Positions 16,975-27,142 of a stretch of DNA of 64,000 bases are shown piece after piece. The notes beneath the pieces were generated by a model that did not search any database, had not been told where the DNA came from, and worked only from the letters and a program-made list of their open reading frames with translations. The DNA lies in the NCBI GenBank assembly GCA_016217925.1, contig JACRFK010000003.1, positions 207,656 to 271,655 of the forward strand, read 5' to 3'. Position numbers and translations under genes: made by a program. The stretch is from Candidatus Kaiserbacteria bacterium. GTDB lineage: Bacteria; Patescibacteriota; Minisyncoccia; Phycocordibacterales; UBA2100. The number at the start of each line of letters is the position of its first letter. Within the stretch, counting starts at the first letter, position 1.

Positions 16975-17973
16975 CTAACGCTCCGGCCGCCCGATTTCAA
17001 AAACCGGAGGTACGTCGTCGCCGAGATTTGGTCGCGCCCGAGGCTGGTCAATTTCTCCTAGACCTGGGCGTGATGGTAGATCATTACGCATCTGGACTTT
17101 CCCCGGCGGCCGCACGATTACTTCCGGTTCTTTCTTCTGTGGAGTAGTCGCGGGTTGATCTACTTTCACGTCGTAGTTCGGTTTCAACATGCCTGGTTTG
17201 TAATCAACTCCAGCGCATGGAGGCTCTTCGGCAATTTTTTCATAGGGTACGAATCGAACATCTGAACGAAGGTGGGTTCGGTATGCTTGCTGCATCTTCG
17301 GATACTCGACCTTAAAATCAAAACTCGGATTAAATGCGCTTCCATTTACGAAATTATCATACGCCTTCACCCATTCCCCCTTGCTCGCGTCACTGATTGG
17401 CAGATCGTGCACCGGCGAATGGTACCAAAGCCCCTTCGAATCCGCGACAATTTCCATATTTATGCGGATTGGCATTTTCTTGCTTGCGTACGCTTGCTTC
17501 AGCTGCTGATTTGACATTACGGATTCGGCAGAGTTAACGTCCCCTATGCTCGGTGGTAGATATGGCAGGGCATTCGACTTCTCGAGATACCTCGATGGCA
17601 AAGTACTATTTTGATGAATATGCAGATGACATCGAACCCCTATGGACTTGCCGAGAAAGTTCTTAATAACGAATTCAAACTCTTTGTTAGGATCATAGTC
17701 GACATTCTGTTTATTTCCGTCCGAGATGGATGGCCATACCCCTGACTTATCGGCAAAATGGATAAAGGCTGTAGCACTTTCATTTTTATCGTTCACCACA
17801 GCATTGCGTACATTTTGAGTAATCGCCCTATTCCAAGGAGTTCCCGGAGAGATTTCCAGCGCCTGCGCCGGCCCTTGATCGATGGCCCCGAGGAGTACTG
17901 TAGCGAAAGCAGCCGCTTCAACCATACCCGATCGTTTCTGTCTATCTGGCCCTTTCAGTCCTTCGGCTGACAT
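16975..17973 (-). CDS. Orphan protein with N-terminal hydrophobic segment (possibly exported)
   Basis: 332 aa, lower GC, Pro-rich C-terminus; TATAAT 5 nt before ATG. Confidence 0.65.
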   Translation of the reverse strand: MSAEGLKGPDRQKRSGMVEAAAFATVLLGAIDQGPAQALEISPGTPWNRAITQNVRNAVVNDKNESATAFIHFADKSGVWPSISDGNKQNVDYDPNKEFEFVIKNFLGKSIGVRCHLHIHQNSTLPSRYLEKSNALPYLPPSIGDVNSAESVMSNQQLKQAYASKKMPIRINMEIVADSKGLWYHSPVHDLPISDASKGEWVKAYDNFVNGSAFNPSFDFKVEYPKMQQAYRTHLRSDVRFVPYEKIAEEPPCAGVDYKPGMLKPNYDVKVDQPATTPQKKEPEVIVRPPGKVQMRNDLPSRPGLGEIDQPRARPNLGDDVPPVFEIGRPER

Positions 17974-17989
17974 AGAAGCATTATAACTC

Positions 17990-18063
17990 TGGCGGGCCCA
18001 CTAGGAATCGAACCTAGGTCTGCTCTTTTGGAGAGAGATATTCTACCATTGAACTATGGACCC
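17990..18063 (-). tRNA. tRNA-Trp(CCA)
   Basis: Cloverleaf with CTCCAAA loop and encoded CCA; usual position after rpmG. Confidence 0.93.
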
Positions 18064-18142
18064 GGAATTAGCCACTAGGAATTAGTGACTAGCCAATAGT
18101 AAATCAATTCTTCACTCTTCGCTAACGGCTATACCCTATTGG

Positions 18143-18190
18143 TTATTTCTTTGCTTCCTTGTGCTTCGTGTGCGCTTTGCACCACAAGCA
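18143..18190 (-). repeat. Displaced, recoded duplicate of the rpmG 3' end
   Basis: Encodes CLWCKAHTKHKEAKK* versus rpmG CKWCKAHTKHKEAKK*; 7 synonymous changes. Confidence 0.9.
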
Positions 18191-18308
18191 GCTCTGGGAA
18201 ACCCACGGTTTTCCCATTCCTTCCTCCACGGGAAAACAGATGTTTTCCCGACCCCTTTCTTCTGCAAACGGTTCTTGCTGCAGCTTGTTACGTGTAATCG
18301 AACAAACT

Positions 18309-18467
18309 TTATTTCTTGGCTTCCTTATGTTTAGTATGTGCTTTACACCATTTGCAGTACTTCTTGAGCTCAATTTTGCGCGTGACAAGCTTGCGATTCT
18401 TGCGCGACCAATAATTGGTACGGTCGCATTTTGAGCAAGCTAGTTTAAAAAGTTGATCTTGGGACAT
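18309..18467 (-). CDS. rpmG: 50S ribosomal protein L33 (Zn-binding type)
   Basis: Manual translation MSQDQLFKLACSKCDRTNYWSRKNRKLVTRKIELKKYCKWCKAHTKHKEAKK; below the ORF-track length cutoff. Confidence 0.95.
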   Translation of the reverse strand: MSQDQLFKLACSKCDRTNYWSRKNRKLVTRKIELKKYCKWCKAHTKHKEAKK

Positions 18468-18489
18468 AATATGTTTGTTATATCATAAG

Positions 18490-18536
18490 CTCCGACGCTT
18501 TCGGTCGGAGTCCCGACTGCTTCAGGCACGTCGGGA
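18490..18536. repeat. Double-hairpin repeat (CTCCGAC/TCCCGAC family)
   Basis: CTCCGAC..GTCGGAG TCCCGAC..GTCGGGA; inverted counterpart at 39783-39826. Confidence 0.7.
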
Positions 18537-18587
18537 TTGATCCTGTGACATGCGCGACACTATACAGAAAACCCTCTAATTACGCAA

Positions 18588-19025
18588 CTATACGAGCGCC
18601 GAGGCGTGCGAGAAGAGCTCACACACTTTGTTCCACGGGCCAAAACCTCCGCTCTGGTTGGTAAGCGTTTTCATGAGCGTATCCACCACGAGCCACCCGG
18701 CGAGGATGATGACGAGCCCGATGGCAACATTCGCAAATATCTCTTTGGCGCGTGAGACCTCATTGCCTGCCACGCTTGTGAGGTAGAGCCACCCCGCCCA
18801 TGCAAAAAGCACTGCTGAGAGGAACACCGCGATATAAATGCCGGTGTTGAGGACATTCTGTGCGACCGTCGCAATATCACAGATCGATTGGCAGCCGCCA
18901 ACGACATTACATTCCTTCGGTACTATCTGTCCCGGCAGTGCATTTGCCGCGAGTACGACAGACGGGGCGACGATAAAAACTACTATAAAAAGAGCGAGGC
19001 TCCGAACCAACTCTCTGCGGGTCAT
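18588..19025 (-). CDS. VirB2/TrbC-like pilin membrane protein
   Basis: Signal-like N-terminus, Cys-rich loop, two TM helices, AKEIFANVAIGLVIILAGWLVV. Confidence 0.75.
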   Translation of the reverse strand: MTRRELVRSLALFIVVFIVAPSVVLAANALPGQIVPKECNVVGGCQSICDIATVAQNVLNTGIYIAVFLSAVLFAWAGWLYLTSVAGNEVSRAKEIFANVAIGLVIILAGWLVVDTLMKTLTNQSGGFGPWNKVCELFSHASALV

Positions 19026-19071
19026 GGAAATATTGTAGCATGCGGAAAAATACGGCATACTGTGCACTGTT

Positions 19072-19154
19072 GCGTCGGTGGCAGAGTGGTCAAATGCACA
19101 TGGCTGTAAACCATGCGACTTCGGTCTACGGAGGTTCGAATCCTCCCCGGCGCA
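19072..19154 (+). tRNA. tRNA-Tyr(GTA)
   Basis: CATGG-CTGTAAA-CCATG anticodon arm, long variable arm, GGTTCGAATCC. Confidence 0.95.
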
Positions 19155-19155
19155 C

Positions 19156-19368
19156 ATGAGGGAAATTCTGTTGTTCATCGTTATCACTATGGTCGCCTAC
19201 GACCTGTCTATCCACCTGATTTATCTATTCCAAAGGGAAACATTCTTCATACAGAGAAAACTCAACTATTGGCCTAATTGGCCCGGCCATGATCACAACT
19301 ACCAGATATTCTGGAGTATCTTCTGGGGAACGGCGTTCGCCCTGCTTGTGACGTATACGCTCACGTAA
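19156..19368 (+). CDS. Small two-TM membrane protein
   Basis: 70-aa ORF directly after tRNA-Tyr with two hydrophobic segments. Confidence 0.55.
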   Translation: MREILLFIVITMVAYDLSIHLIYLFQRETFFIQRKLNYWPNWPGHDHNYQIFWSIFWGTAFALLVTYTLT

Positions 19369-19378
19369 ACAACCGACC

Positions 19379-22105
19379 TTACGCGGCAATCTTTGCGCGA
19401 GAGCGGGCGCCACGATGGCGTTCCGGGCCTTTGCGCACGTCGAACTTGAAGTCGCCCTGGCCGGGCAGGCCTTTCTTACCGTTGTCCGCTCCGCTTGACG
19501 GATCAAAATCCACAGTAACGGAACCTCCCTCCATGACCCCGCGGGCGACCATCATATTGGCCACCGCCGTAAGTATCTTCGTCTGAATGAGACGCTTGAG
19601 CGGACGCGCTCCGTACTGCGGGTTGTAGCCTTCCTTCGCCAAGTGCGCTATCGCCGCTTCTGTGAGAGTAAGTTTGATCTGTTTTTCTTCCAATCGTTTG
19701 GCGACGATATCGGTCTGCATGCGCACGATATCCATGATGGCATCGGTCGAAAGGATATTGAAGAGAACTATCTCGTCGAGACGGTTCAGGAATTCGGGGC
19801 GGAAGAACTCTTTGAGCGCGCCCATTACCTTTTCCTTCACCTGTTCGTAACGCTCACCTTCGGTCTTGGAAAGGCCGCTTCCGAAACCAAGACCCGACAT
19901 CTTGTCGATGTGCTCGGAACCGATATTGGAGGTCATGATAATGACCGAGTTCTTGAAATTGACCACGCGGCCCTTCGCATCTGTCAGTCGGCCGTTGTCG
20001 AGGACCTGAAGAAGGATGTTGAACACTTCCGGATGCGCCTTTTCGATCTCATCGAAGAGAATGACCGAATACGGGCGATGGCGTACGAGCTCGGTCAATC
20101 CCCCGCCCTCGTCGTAGCCGACATAGCCCGGCGGGCTGCCTATCATCTTGGAGACAGAATGTTTCTCCATGTACTCGGACATATCGACGCGGATCAAAGC
20201 TTTTTCGCTGTTGAAAAGGAAGTCGGCAAGCGCACGAGTAAGCTCGGTCTTACCCACACCTGTAGGACCGAGGAAAAGGAACGAGCCCACCGGACGGTTG
20301 GGATCGGCAATCCCCGCGCGGCTGCGCTTGATGGCATCTGAAACTTTTTGCACCGCTTCATCCTGGCCCACGATACGGGTTTTCAGTTCGGATTCCATGC
20401 GTGAGAGCTTCTCGGCTTCTTCTTCAAGCATTCGCGAGACAGGCACACCGGTCCAACGGGAGACGACCGCGGCGATGTCTTCTTCGGTGATCTCTTCTTT
20501 CAATACGCGGCGTGTCTGCTGGAGCTTCTTCAGGCGTTTCTGTGCTGTCTCGATCTCTTTTTCGAGCAGCGGTATCTTGCCGTAGCGCATCTCGGCGGTC
20601 TTGGTGAAATCTGCGGCAGCCTCCGCTGAATCAGCTTCGATGCGCGCTTGCTCAAGCTCATTCTTGGCGCGTTTTATCTCAACGAGCGTATCTTTTTCGT
20701 TCTTCCATTTCACCTCAAGCTCACGTGTCGAATCGCGAAGGTCCGCGATTTCCTTCTCTATTGTGCGCGTCCTCGTACGGGCCTTGCCTTCCTCGGCTTC
20801 GGATTCTTTCTTGAGTGCTTCCCGCTCAATCTCCAGGCGCGTTACCTTGCGATGTGCCTCTTCGAGTATCGGCGGCTTGTTCTCGAGCGAGAGTCTGAGT
20901 GCGGAGGATGCCTCGTCGATGAGGTCTATGGCTTTGTCCGGCAAGAATCGCTCCGTGATATAGCGAGCAGAGAGTTGCACGGCCGCGATCATCGCATCGT
21001 CAGTAATGTGTACACCGTGGTAGAGCTCATACCGTTCTTTCAGCCCGCGCAAAATAGCGATGGCGTCCTCGATGGAAGGCTCATTGATGTACACGGGCTG
21101 AAAACGGCGCGTGAGAGCCGCATCGTGCTCAATGTGCTTTTGGTACTCTTTGATAGTGGTCGCGCCGATGACGCGGATGTCGCCGCGTGCGAGCGCCGGC
21201 TTCAGCATATTGGAAGCGTCCATTGAGCCCTCAGCCGCCCCGGCACCAACGAGCGTGTGTATCTCATCGATAAAAAGAATTATCTTGCCTTCTGAGCGCT
21301 CGACCTCTTTCATGACCGCCTTGAGCCGCTCTTCAAATTCCCCGCGATATTTGGTGCCCGCGATAAGGAGCCCCAGGTCAAGCTGGATTATTTCCTTGCC
21401 ACGCAGCGATTCGGGCACGTCCGACGAAGCGATGCGTTGAGCCAAGCCTTCTGCGACGGCGGTCTTCCCCACACCGGCCTCGCCGATAAGAATGGGATTA
21501 TTTTTGGTGCGACGCGAGAGTATTTGTATCACGCGTGTGATCTCCTGGTCGCGGCCAATGACCGGATCGAGCTTGTTCTCGCGTGCGCGGTCGGTGAGCG
21601 AACGCGCGAATTTTGCGAGAGCGCGGGGCTTTGACGGCGCATCAGTGTCGCGTATTTTTCCCTCTTTAATGTCCGTAAGCACGCGTGCGAGAGCGGCGCG
21701 ATCGATGCGAAAACGTGTCAGGATATCGGCTGCTGGACCGGGGTGTTCGGTGATGCCGAGCAAGAGGTGTTCCGGCGAGACGAACTGGTCGTTGAAAGAT
21801 GCCGCGATGCGCGGTGCCGCCTCGAACACCCGCACAAGCTCGGGTGTGAGGTAGAGCTGGAAGGATGGTGAGACCGCGGTATTGCCCGAGACGCCTTCTA
21901 TCAACTCCAATATCGAATCCGAAAGGTGTGCGACATCTATCTCGCCCTGCTCGAGCATGGGCACCACCATCGTCTCTTCCTGCATCAAAAGCGCCGCAAA
22001 GAGGTGCAACGTGGAGACCTGATTGTGTCCGCGCTCTACGGCAAGCTGATGCGAGCGGTGTATCGCTTCCTTTGCCTTCGTCGTGTAATTATTGAATGGA
22101 GCCAT
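19379..22105 (-). CDS. clpB: ATP-dependent chaperone ClpB
   Basis: Two AAA+ modules (GEAGVGKT; GPTGVGKT), [11 protein letters not shown], coiled-coil M domain, GSPPGYVGY. Confidence 0.97.
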   Translation of the reverse strand: MAPFNNYTTKAKEAIHRSHQLAVERGHNQVSTLHLFAALLMQEETMVVPMLEQGEIDVAHLSDSILELIEGVSGNTAVSPSFQLYLTPELVRVFEAAPRIAASFNDQFVSPEHLLLGITEHPGPAADILTRFRIDRAALARVLTDIKEGKIRDTDAPSKPRALAKFARSLTDRARENKLDPVIGRDQEITRVIQILSRRTKNNPILIGEAGVGKTAVAEGLAQRIASSDVPESLRGKEIIQLDLGLLIAGTKYRGEFEERLKAVMKEVERSEGKIILFIDEIHTLVGAGAAEGSMDASNMLKPALARGDIRVIGATTIKEYQKHIEHDAALTRRFQPVYINEPSIEDAIAILRGLKERYELYHGVHITDDAMIAAVQLSARYITERFLPDKAIDLIDEASSALRLSLENKPPILEEAHRKVTRLEIEREALKKESEAEEGKARTRTRTIEKEIADLRDSTRELEVKWKNEKDTLVEIKRAKNELEQARIEADSAEAAADFTKTAEMRYGKIPLLEKEIETAQKRLKKLQQTRRVLKEEITEEDIAAVVSRWTGVPVSRMLEEEAEKLSRMESELKTRIVGQDEAVQKVSDAIKRSRAGIADPNRPVGSFLFLGPTGVGKTELTRALADFLFNSEKALIRVDMSEYMEKHSVSKMIGSPPGYVGYDEGGGLTELVRHRPYSVILFDEIEKAHPEVFNILLQVLDNGRLTDAKGRVVNFKNSVIIMTSNIGSEHIDKMSGLGFGSGLSKTEGERYEQVKEKVMGALKEFFRPEFLNRLDEIVLFNILSTDAIMDIVRMQTDIVAKRLEEKQIKLTLTEAAIAHLAKEGYNPQYGARPLKRLIQTKILTAVANMMVARGVMEGGSVTVDFDPSSGADNGKKGLPGQGDFKFDVRKGPERHRGARSRAKIAA

Positions 22106-22169
22106 ATAGAAAAAAGCATTCAGCTTTTCGTTCTCAGCTTACCGCAAAAAATAGAAAATTCAAATACCT

Positions 22170-23000
22170 CTATTCCTGTGTTTCGTCTTTCTTCTCTTCT
22201 TTCTTCATGAGGACGGACGCGGAAACGAATCCCGTTGGAGAGGCCGCGCGGGCGACTCCGGTACGGAGTCCTAAAATGCTTCCTTCCGTTGTAATGAGCG
22301 GGGAGCCTGCGAATATCGACTCCGGCCCCAGGTCGGTATCTATGACTTGCGGTCCCTCTTCAGCCGAGGACGCAATAAGCGCGGTGACGATTCCTGTTCC
22401 GACCCTCGGGGTCGATTTTCCGCCTATCGCTATCACCGTCGTTCCCAGTGTCGGACGAACTCCCGCTATTGAGATGGGGCTCCAGACTACCGACTTGCCT
22501 TCCGTGGTCGTTGTTGCCGAGGCGAAGTACGCTATCGCCGAGGTCGCGTCCTGCGAGGTCAGCGCGACGCGCACACGTGAACCGCTCGCAAGTTCGGCGA
22601 TGGCTACATCACCTTCCTTAAACATATCCGCGTCGCTCACGATAGTGCCCGAAGCGTCCATCACGACCCCGAGGGCCAGGAATGCGGGGGTATCGGTGCT
22701 CGTCGTAAAGAGGCGCACCACCGAAGGATTCACGCGCGTGAGCGCTTGGGAAATGAGGTCGGACTCTTTGACGACGACGGTCTTCTCCTGGGTGATAATC
22801 GTCGAAGCTGTTTGACCCTTCGGCTCGACGGCGACCGTCTCGATAGTACGCTCGATGATGCGGTTGACTGTTTGTGCAACGACCGGCGGTGCTTGATCCA
22901 TGAGGGAAACGGTGACGATGCCCGTCGCGATAGAGGTAACGAAAGACACGAGGAGTGTGAGCAGAACAATCTGGGATTTGGTCAGTTGCTCCATGTTCAT
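22170..23000 (-). CDS. Membrane-anchored trypsin-like (HtrA-like) protein, probably catalytically degenerate
   Basis: MEQLTKSQIVLLTLLVSFVTSIATGIVTV anchor; PSVVRL; FAGSPLI in place of GNSGGPL. Confidence 0.7.
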   Translation of the reverse strand: MNMEQLTKSQIVLLTLLVSFVTSIATGIVTVSLMDQAPPVVAQTVNRIIERTIETVAVEPKGQTASTIITQEKTVVVKESDLISQALTRVNPSVVRLFTTSTDTPAFLALGVVMDASGTIVSDADMFKEGDVAIAELASGSRVRVALTSQDATSAIAYFASATTTTEGKSVVWSPISIAGVRPTLGTTVIAIGGKSTPRVGTGIVTALIASSAEEGPQVIDTDLGPESIFAGSPLITTEGSILGLRTGVARAASPTGFVSASVLMKKEEKKDETQE

Positions 23001-23039
23001 AGCCGCATCGTATCACAACGTCATGAAATGAATCAAACC

Positions 23040-24215
23040 CTAGCCGATCAGCACTTTCTCGAGGATATCGAGCGTCTTCTTGATACCCTGTTCGGCGGTA
23101 TCGCGGCCGAGGGAAAAACGCAGGGTGTTTTTGGCCCGCCATTCGGGACCGCCGAGCGCCGCGACGACATGCGAGTCCGTTTCCCCCTCGCGACACGCGC
23201 TTTTTGTAGAAAGAGCAACGCCGAAGTGGTCGAGCTGAAGTGCAAGGTACTCCCCGCTCTTGTCGCCGGGCACTGATATGTTGAGCATGTGCGGAAGCGC
23301 GTGCCTGAGGTCGCCATTTACGATAATGCCTGGAATGCGGGCGACGATTTCGCGCGCAAAATCGTCGCGCAATTTCCGCAAGCGCTTCGTCTCTTTACCG
23401 CGCTCCGAAGTGAAGACATCGAACGCCGCTGCAAAGCCCGCAGCAAGAGCGGGGTCTTCTGTGCCCGGCCGCAATCCGCGCTCCTGTCCGCCCCCGTACA
23501 TGACGGGCGATGCATGGGCGCGATTGCTGAGGTGGAGAGCGCCCACGCCCCGCGGGCCGTACAACTTGCCGGAGCCGAGACTGAACAGGTCAACGCCGAG
23601 CGAATTGACCTGCGGAGAGAGGTAGAGCGGTGCTTGACCCGCGTCGCTGTGGAAAAGGACGGTCGTCTTATTATCTTTTTCGTACCGGTGGAGTGCGTGC
23701 GCGATATTTGAAAGTGGCTGCACTGTACCGATCTCGTTATTGCCCCACCCGACGGAAACGAACACGGTCTCCGGTCGCAGTGCTTTCACCACGTGTTCCG
23801 CCGCTACTATGCCTTTTGAGTCCGGCTCCACATGCGTGACAGCTCCTCCCATACGCTCGACTTCGGCGAAACATTCGAGCACCGACGAGTGCTCGATAGA
23901 ACTTACGATCCAGTGCGTACCTTCGAGTGAGCGACGATGTATCTCAAGCGCCCGTGCAGTCCCGACGATGGCAATGGTATTCGACTCGGTGAGCCCTGAG
24001 GTGAAGACGAGTTCCCGCGCCTTACAGCCTAGGTGCTTCCCTATGCGTTCACGAGACGAGGTGAGCAGCCGCTTGGCGACAACTCCCTCTTCGTGCAGAG
24101 CGCCGGGATTCGCAAAAATACCCATCGCCTCGCTGAGGGCCTGTGCGGCCTTTTGATGCACGGGTGTCGCGCTTGCATAGTCGAGATAGATGCGCCGCGT
24201 ACCGAAAAGACTCAT
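23040..24215 (-). CDS. iscS: Cysteine desulfurase (class V aminotransferase)
   Basis: IYLDYASATP, IEHSSV, NNEIGTVQP, HSDAGQ, KLYGPRGVG, SAC, LRFSLG. Confidence 0.92.
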   Translation of the reverse strand: MSLFGTRRIYLDYASATPVHQKAAQALSEAMGIFANPGALHEEGVVAKRLLTSSRERIGKHLGCKARELVFTSGLTESNTIAIVGTARALEIHRRSLEGTHWIVSSIEHSSVLECFAEVERMGGAVTHVEPDSKGIVAAEHVVKALRPETVFVSVGWGNNEIGTVQPLSNIAHALHRYEKDNKTTVLFHSDAGQAPLYLSPQVNSLGVDLFSLGSGKLYGPRGVGALHLSNRAHASPVMYGGGQERGLRPGTEDPALAAGFAAAFDVFTSERGKETKRLRKLRDDFAREIVARIPGIIVNGDLRHALPHMLNISVPGDKSGEYLALQLDHFGVALSTKSACREGETDSHVVAALGGPEWRAKNTLRFSLGRDTAEQGIKKTLDILEKVLIG

Positions 24216-24235
24216 GTGAGAAGTGTACGCGGCGA

Positions 24236-24317
24236 ATTTACAATTTCCAAGGCTCAATTTTCAATCAATTTCCAATGTCCCAGTTGTGCAAAATTGAAAA
24301 TTGCGAATTGAAAATTT
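24236..24317. repeat. Heptamer-periodic AT-rich inverted repeat (CAATTTC/GAAAATT)
   Basis: Tandem CAATTTY units facing TTGAAAA/GAAATT units in the divergent iscS/infB promoter region. Confidence 0.6.
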
Positions 24318-24358
24318 CGGCGTATACTCTCGCAATCGTATGGCCACCTTCCCTTCCT

Positions 24359-25885
24359 ATGAAAACAGCAACTCACACGACAGAAAGGCCCCCTATCGTA
24401 GCGGTACTCGGGCACGTAGACCACGGTAAATCTACCCTCCTCGATTTCATCCGCAAATCAAATACCGTCGGGAAAGAGGCCGGCGGCATCACGCAACACG
24501 TCGCCGCCTATGAGGTAGTGCATATTTCGAAGAAACCCTCCTCCGCTAAAGCTTCGGAGGGCAAGCGCATCACATTCATCGACACCCCCGGGCACGCGGC
24601 CTTCAGCGCGATACGGGCACGGGGTGCGACTGCGGCGGATATCGCTATCCTTGTCGTTGCCGCCGACGACGGCGTGAAGGCACAAACGCTTGAGGCGCTG
24701 AAAAGCATCCGCGACGCGGGCACGCCATTCATCGTCGCCATCAACAAAATAGACAAACCGAATGCCGACCAGGAACGCACGATACGAACACTGCTCGACG
24801 AGAAGGTGTATCTGGAAAAATACGGCGGCGATGTGCCGTGGGCGGCGATATCGGCAAAAGTCGGCACCGGCGTCGAGGAACTCTTGGACCTCATCTTGCT
24901 TGTTGCCGAAATAGAAGGATTCACGGGCGATAAAGGTGCGCCCGCACATGGATACGTCATCGAAGCGCACCGTGATCAAAAACGAGGCCTCGCCGCGACG
25001 CTCATCATTACGAACGGCACTCTTCGCTCTGGTATGGCGGTACTCGCGGGACACGCTGTTGCACCTGTACGCATCATGGAGAGTACCGCGGGAAAATCGC
25101 TTCGCGAGGCCACCTTCTCGACCCCCGTACAGCTCGTTGGATTCGACGTCTTGCCACAGGTCGGCGAAGAGTTCCATGCATACAAGAATAAACGCGAAGC
25201 CGAAGCCGCGCGCCCCGCATTCGTACCGACGGATAGGCATGTCGCGAAAGCGCCGCTTGCCGAAGGCGAGACGGGTCCTTTCACGATGCCTGTCATCATT
25301 CGCGCCGACGCCTCCGGCTCGCTCGAGGCGATCGACCAGGAGATACCGAAGCTCGGCAGCGAGCACGCGCGCGTCCAGGTCGTGCAGTCGGGCATCGGAG
25401 CTGTTTCCGAGAACGACGTAAAGGCCGCCATCGCGAGTGACACCCCGGCGGTCGTCGTAGGGTTCAATGTCGGCATTGACGCCCCTGCGGCGGCACTCGC
25501 CCTTCAACACGGCATCCGTATCGAGACGTTCACTATCATTTATAAATTGACCGAGCGTCTCGCAGAACTCCTGCAAGAAACGGCCCCGAAGCGTAGAGTG
25601 GAGGCGATAACGGGAAAAGCCAAAGTACTAAAACAATTCGGAAGCCGTAAAGAGGAACACGTCATCGGGGGGAAGGTCTCGGAGGGCTTTCTCGAGCGCG
25701 GAAGCTCGGTGCGCATCATGCGGCGCGCTATCGAAGTCGGTGTCGGTAAGATCAAGAATATCCAAAGCAATAAACAGGACGTGAACCGCATCGAGGAAGG
25801 CCGCGAATTCGGAGCGCAGATCATCGCGCCATTCGAGATATCGCAGGGTGACACGCTGGAAGGATTCACGACGTCGATGGAATAA
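24359..25885 (+). CDS. infB: Translation initiation factor IF-2 (lacks N-terminal domain)
   Basis: RPPIVAVLGHVDHGKST, EAGGITQH, DTPGH, AINKID. Confidence 0.97.
   Translation: MKTATHTTERPPIVAVLGHVDHGKSTLLDFIRKSNTVGKEAGGITQHVAAYEVVHISKKPSSAKASEGKRITFIDTPGHAAFSAIRARGATAADIAILVVAADDGVKAQTLEALKSIRDAGTPFIVAINKIDKPNADQERTIRTLLDEKVYLEKYGGDVPWAAISAKVGTGVEELLDLILLVAEIEGFTGDKGAPAHGYVIEAHRDQKRGLAATLIITNGTLRSGMAVLAGHAVAPVRIMESTAGKSLREATFSTPVQLVGFDVLPQVGEEFHAYKNKREAEAARPAFVPTDRHVAKAPLAEGETGPFTMPVIIRADASGSLEAIDQEIPKLGSEHARVQVVQSGIGAVSENDVKAAIASDTPAVVVGFNVGIDAPAAALALQHGIRIETFTIIYKLTERLAELLQETAPKRRVEAITGKAKVLKQFGSRKEEHVIGGKVSEGFLERGSSVRIMRRAIEVGVGKIKNIQSNKQDVNRIEEGREFGAQIIAPFEISQGDTLEGFTTSME
24536..24562. 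repeat. Palindromic repeat in frame in infB (PSSAKASEG)
   Basis: CCCTCCTCCGCTAAAGCTTCGGAGGGC (27 bp). Confidence 0.7.
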
Positions 25886-25894
25886 CTAACAACC

Positions 25895-26218
25895 ATGGAA
25901 TCACGAAGACAGACGCAGGTCTCGCAGCTTATATCCCAACTCGCCGGAGATTTTTTCGCGCGGGAATCCAATGTGAAGGCGCTTATCACCGTCACGCACG
26001 CCGATGTGTCCCCGTCTTTCAAGGAAGTAACAGTGTTCATTACTGTCCTACCGCAGACCATGGAGGAGCAGGCACTCAAATTCGCGAAGCGTGCCCGAAG
26101 TGATTTCCGCGAATATCTCAAGAAGCAGACACGATTGCATCCCATTCCCATCGCCGACTTCGCCATAGACTTAGGCGAGAAGAACCGACAGCGCATCGAT
26201 GAATTAACGAGAAATTGA
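25895..26218 (+). CDS. rbfA: Ribosome-binding factor A
   Basis: Follows infB; ITVTHADVSP...VFITV; D.GEKNRQRIDEL. Confidence 0.88.
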   Translation: MESRRQTQVSQLISQLAGDFFARESNVKALITVTHADVSPSFKEVTVFITVLPQTMEEQALKFAKRARSDFREYLKKQTRLHPIPIADFAIDLGEKNRQRIDELTRN

Positions 26219-26289
26219 GGCCACGGCGGGACTCGAACCCGCGCATAAGAGTTTTGCAGACTCCAGCGTTACCCCTTCGCCACGTGGCC
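26218..26289 (-). tRNA. tRNA-Cys(GCA)
   Basis: GGCCACG...CTGCAAA loop...GGTTCGAGTCC. Confidence 0.93.
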
Positions 26290-26331
26290 AACGCGTGTAC
26301 TCTATCATAATTTAAGCTAAGATTGTCCGAG

Positions 26332-26415
26332 GTCGGGGTGGCGAAATTGGTAGACGCGCGTCACTTAAGATGACGTGACCGAAAGGTTCTGAGGGTTCGA
26401 TTCCCTCCCCCGACA
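26332..26415 (+). tRNA. tRNA-Leu(TAA)
   Basis: CGTCA-CTTAAGA-TGACG arm, long variable arm. Confidence 0.95.
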
Positions 26416-26416
26416 C

Positions 26417-27142
26417 ATGAAAACAACAAAGGATTACGTTGCCGCAATCTGGTTGCCGCTTTTTGCATTAGGCGTATTCGGGCTCTTCTATCTTGTGTGG
26501 ACACTGTTCGACCTACCGTCAAAAGAGGAGGTCATCTCGCTCGCGAAAGTATATTTTGAGCGCTATGGCATGCTTACCATCTTTGTCTCTGCGATTATCG
26601 AGGCGATGCTTTTCGCCGGTTGGTATTTCCCCGGCAGCTTCGTCATAGTCCTCGGCGTCATAATCGCGCACGACGACCTCACACAGGTATTCGGCGTCTA
26701 TGCGGCAACAACGCTTGGTTTCTGGGTCGCGTATACATTCAATTACTATGTCGGCGCGTACGGTTGGTACCGGCTTCTTCTCGCGCTCGGATTACGCGAA
26801 CCGCTCGAACGGGCGCAACGCCAGCTCGCGAAGTACGGCCCGCGCGCCATATTCTTCACCTACTGGCATCCCAATCTCGCCGCGCTTACCTCGACCGCCG
26901 CCGGCATCCTGCAGATTCCTTTCTACACATTTGCCTTGTACTCCGTCGTGGCATCGGCGCTCTACGACGCCATATGGACGGTCATCGGCTATTCTTTCGG
27001 GGCGTATTCACTGACGCTCATCGGCCCCACCTTTGTGCTTCCCATCATCGCAGTGTGGATGGTGATCAGCATCGTGTACCGCATCCAGCGTGAGCGCGCG
27101 CAAGAGACGGCCGATGCGGGCGTCGAGAGCCAAGAACAATGA
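26417..27142 (+). CDS. DedA/VTT-family membrane protein
   Basis: IEAMLFAGWYFPGS, YYVGAYG, TSTAAG...F..Y DedA pattern. Confidence 0.85.
   Translation: MKTTKDYVAAIWLPLFALGVFGLFYLVWTLFDLPSKEEVISLAKVYFERYGMLTIFVSAIIEAMLFAGWYFPGSFVIVLGVIIAHDDLTQVFGVYAATTLGFWVAYTFNYYVGAYGWYRLLLALGLREPLERAQRQLAKYGPRAIFFTYWHPNLAALTSTAAGILQIPFYTFALYSVVASALYDAIWTVIGYSFGAYSLTLIGPTFVLPIIAVWMVISIVYRIQRERAQETADAGVESQEQ

Noticed and set aside
17990-18063. Alternative genetic code (UGA read-through)
   Set aside because: Conserved genes end at TGA at the expected positions, and no UCA-anticodon tRNA was seen.
18143-18388. 81-aa ORF as a second L33
   Set aside because: Only the last 15 codons match L33; the rest is an alternate frame of rpmG plus spacer.
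19455-19505. Possible repeat remnants in the clpB C-terminus (DPSSGA, GLPGQG)
   Set aside because: No clear second copy or clean palindrome in this window.
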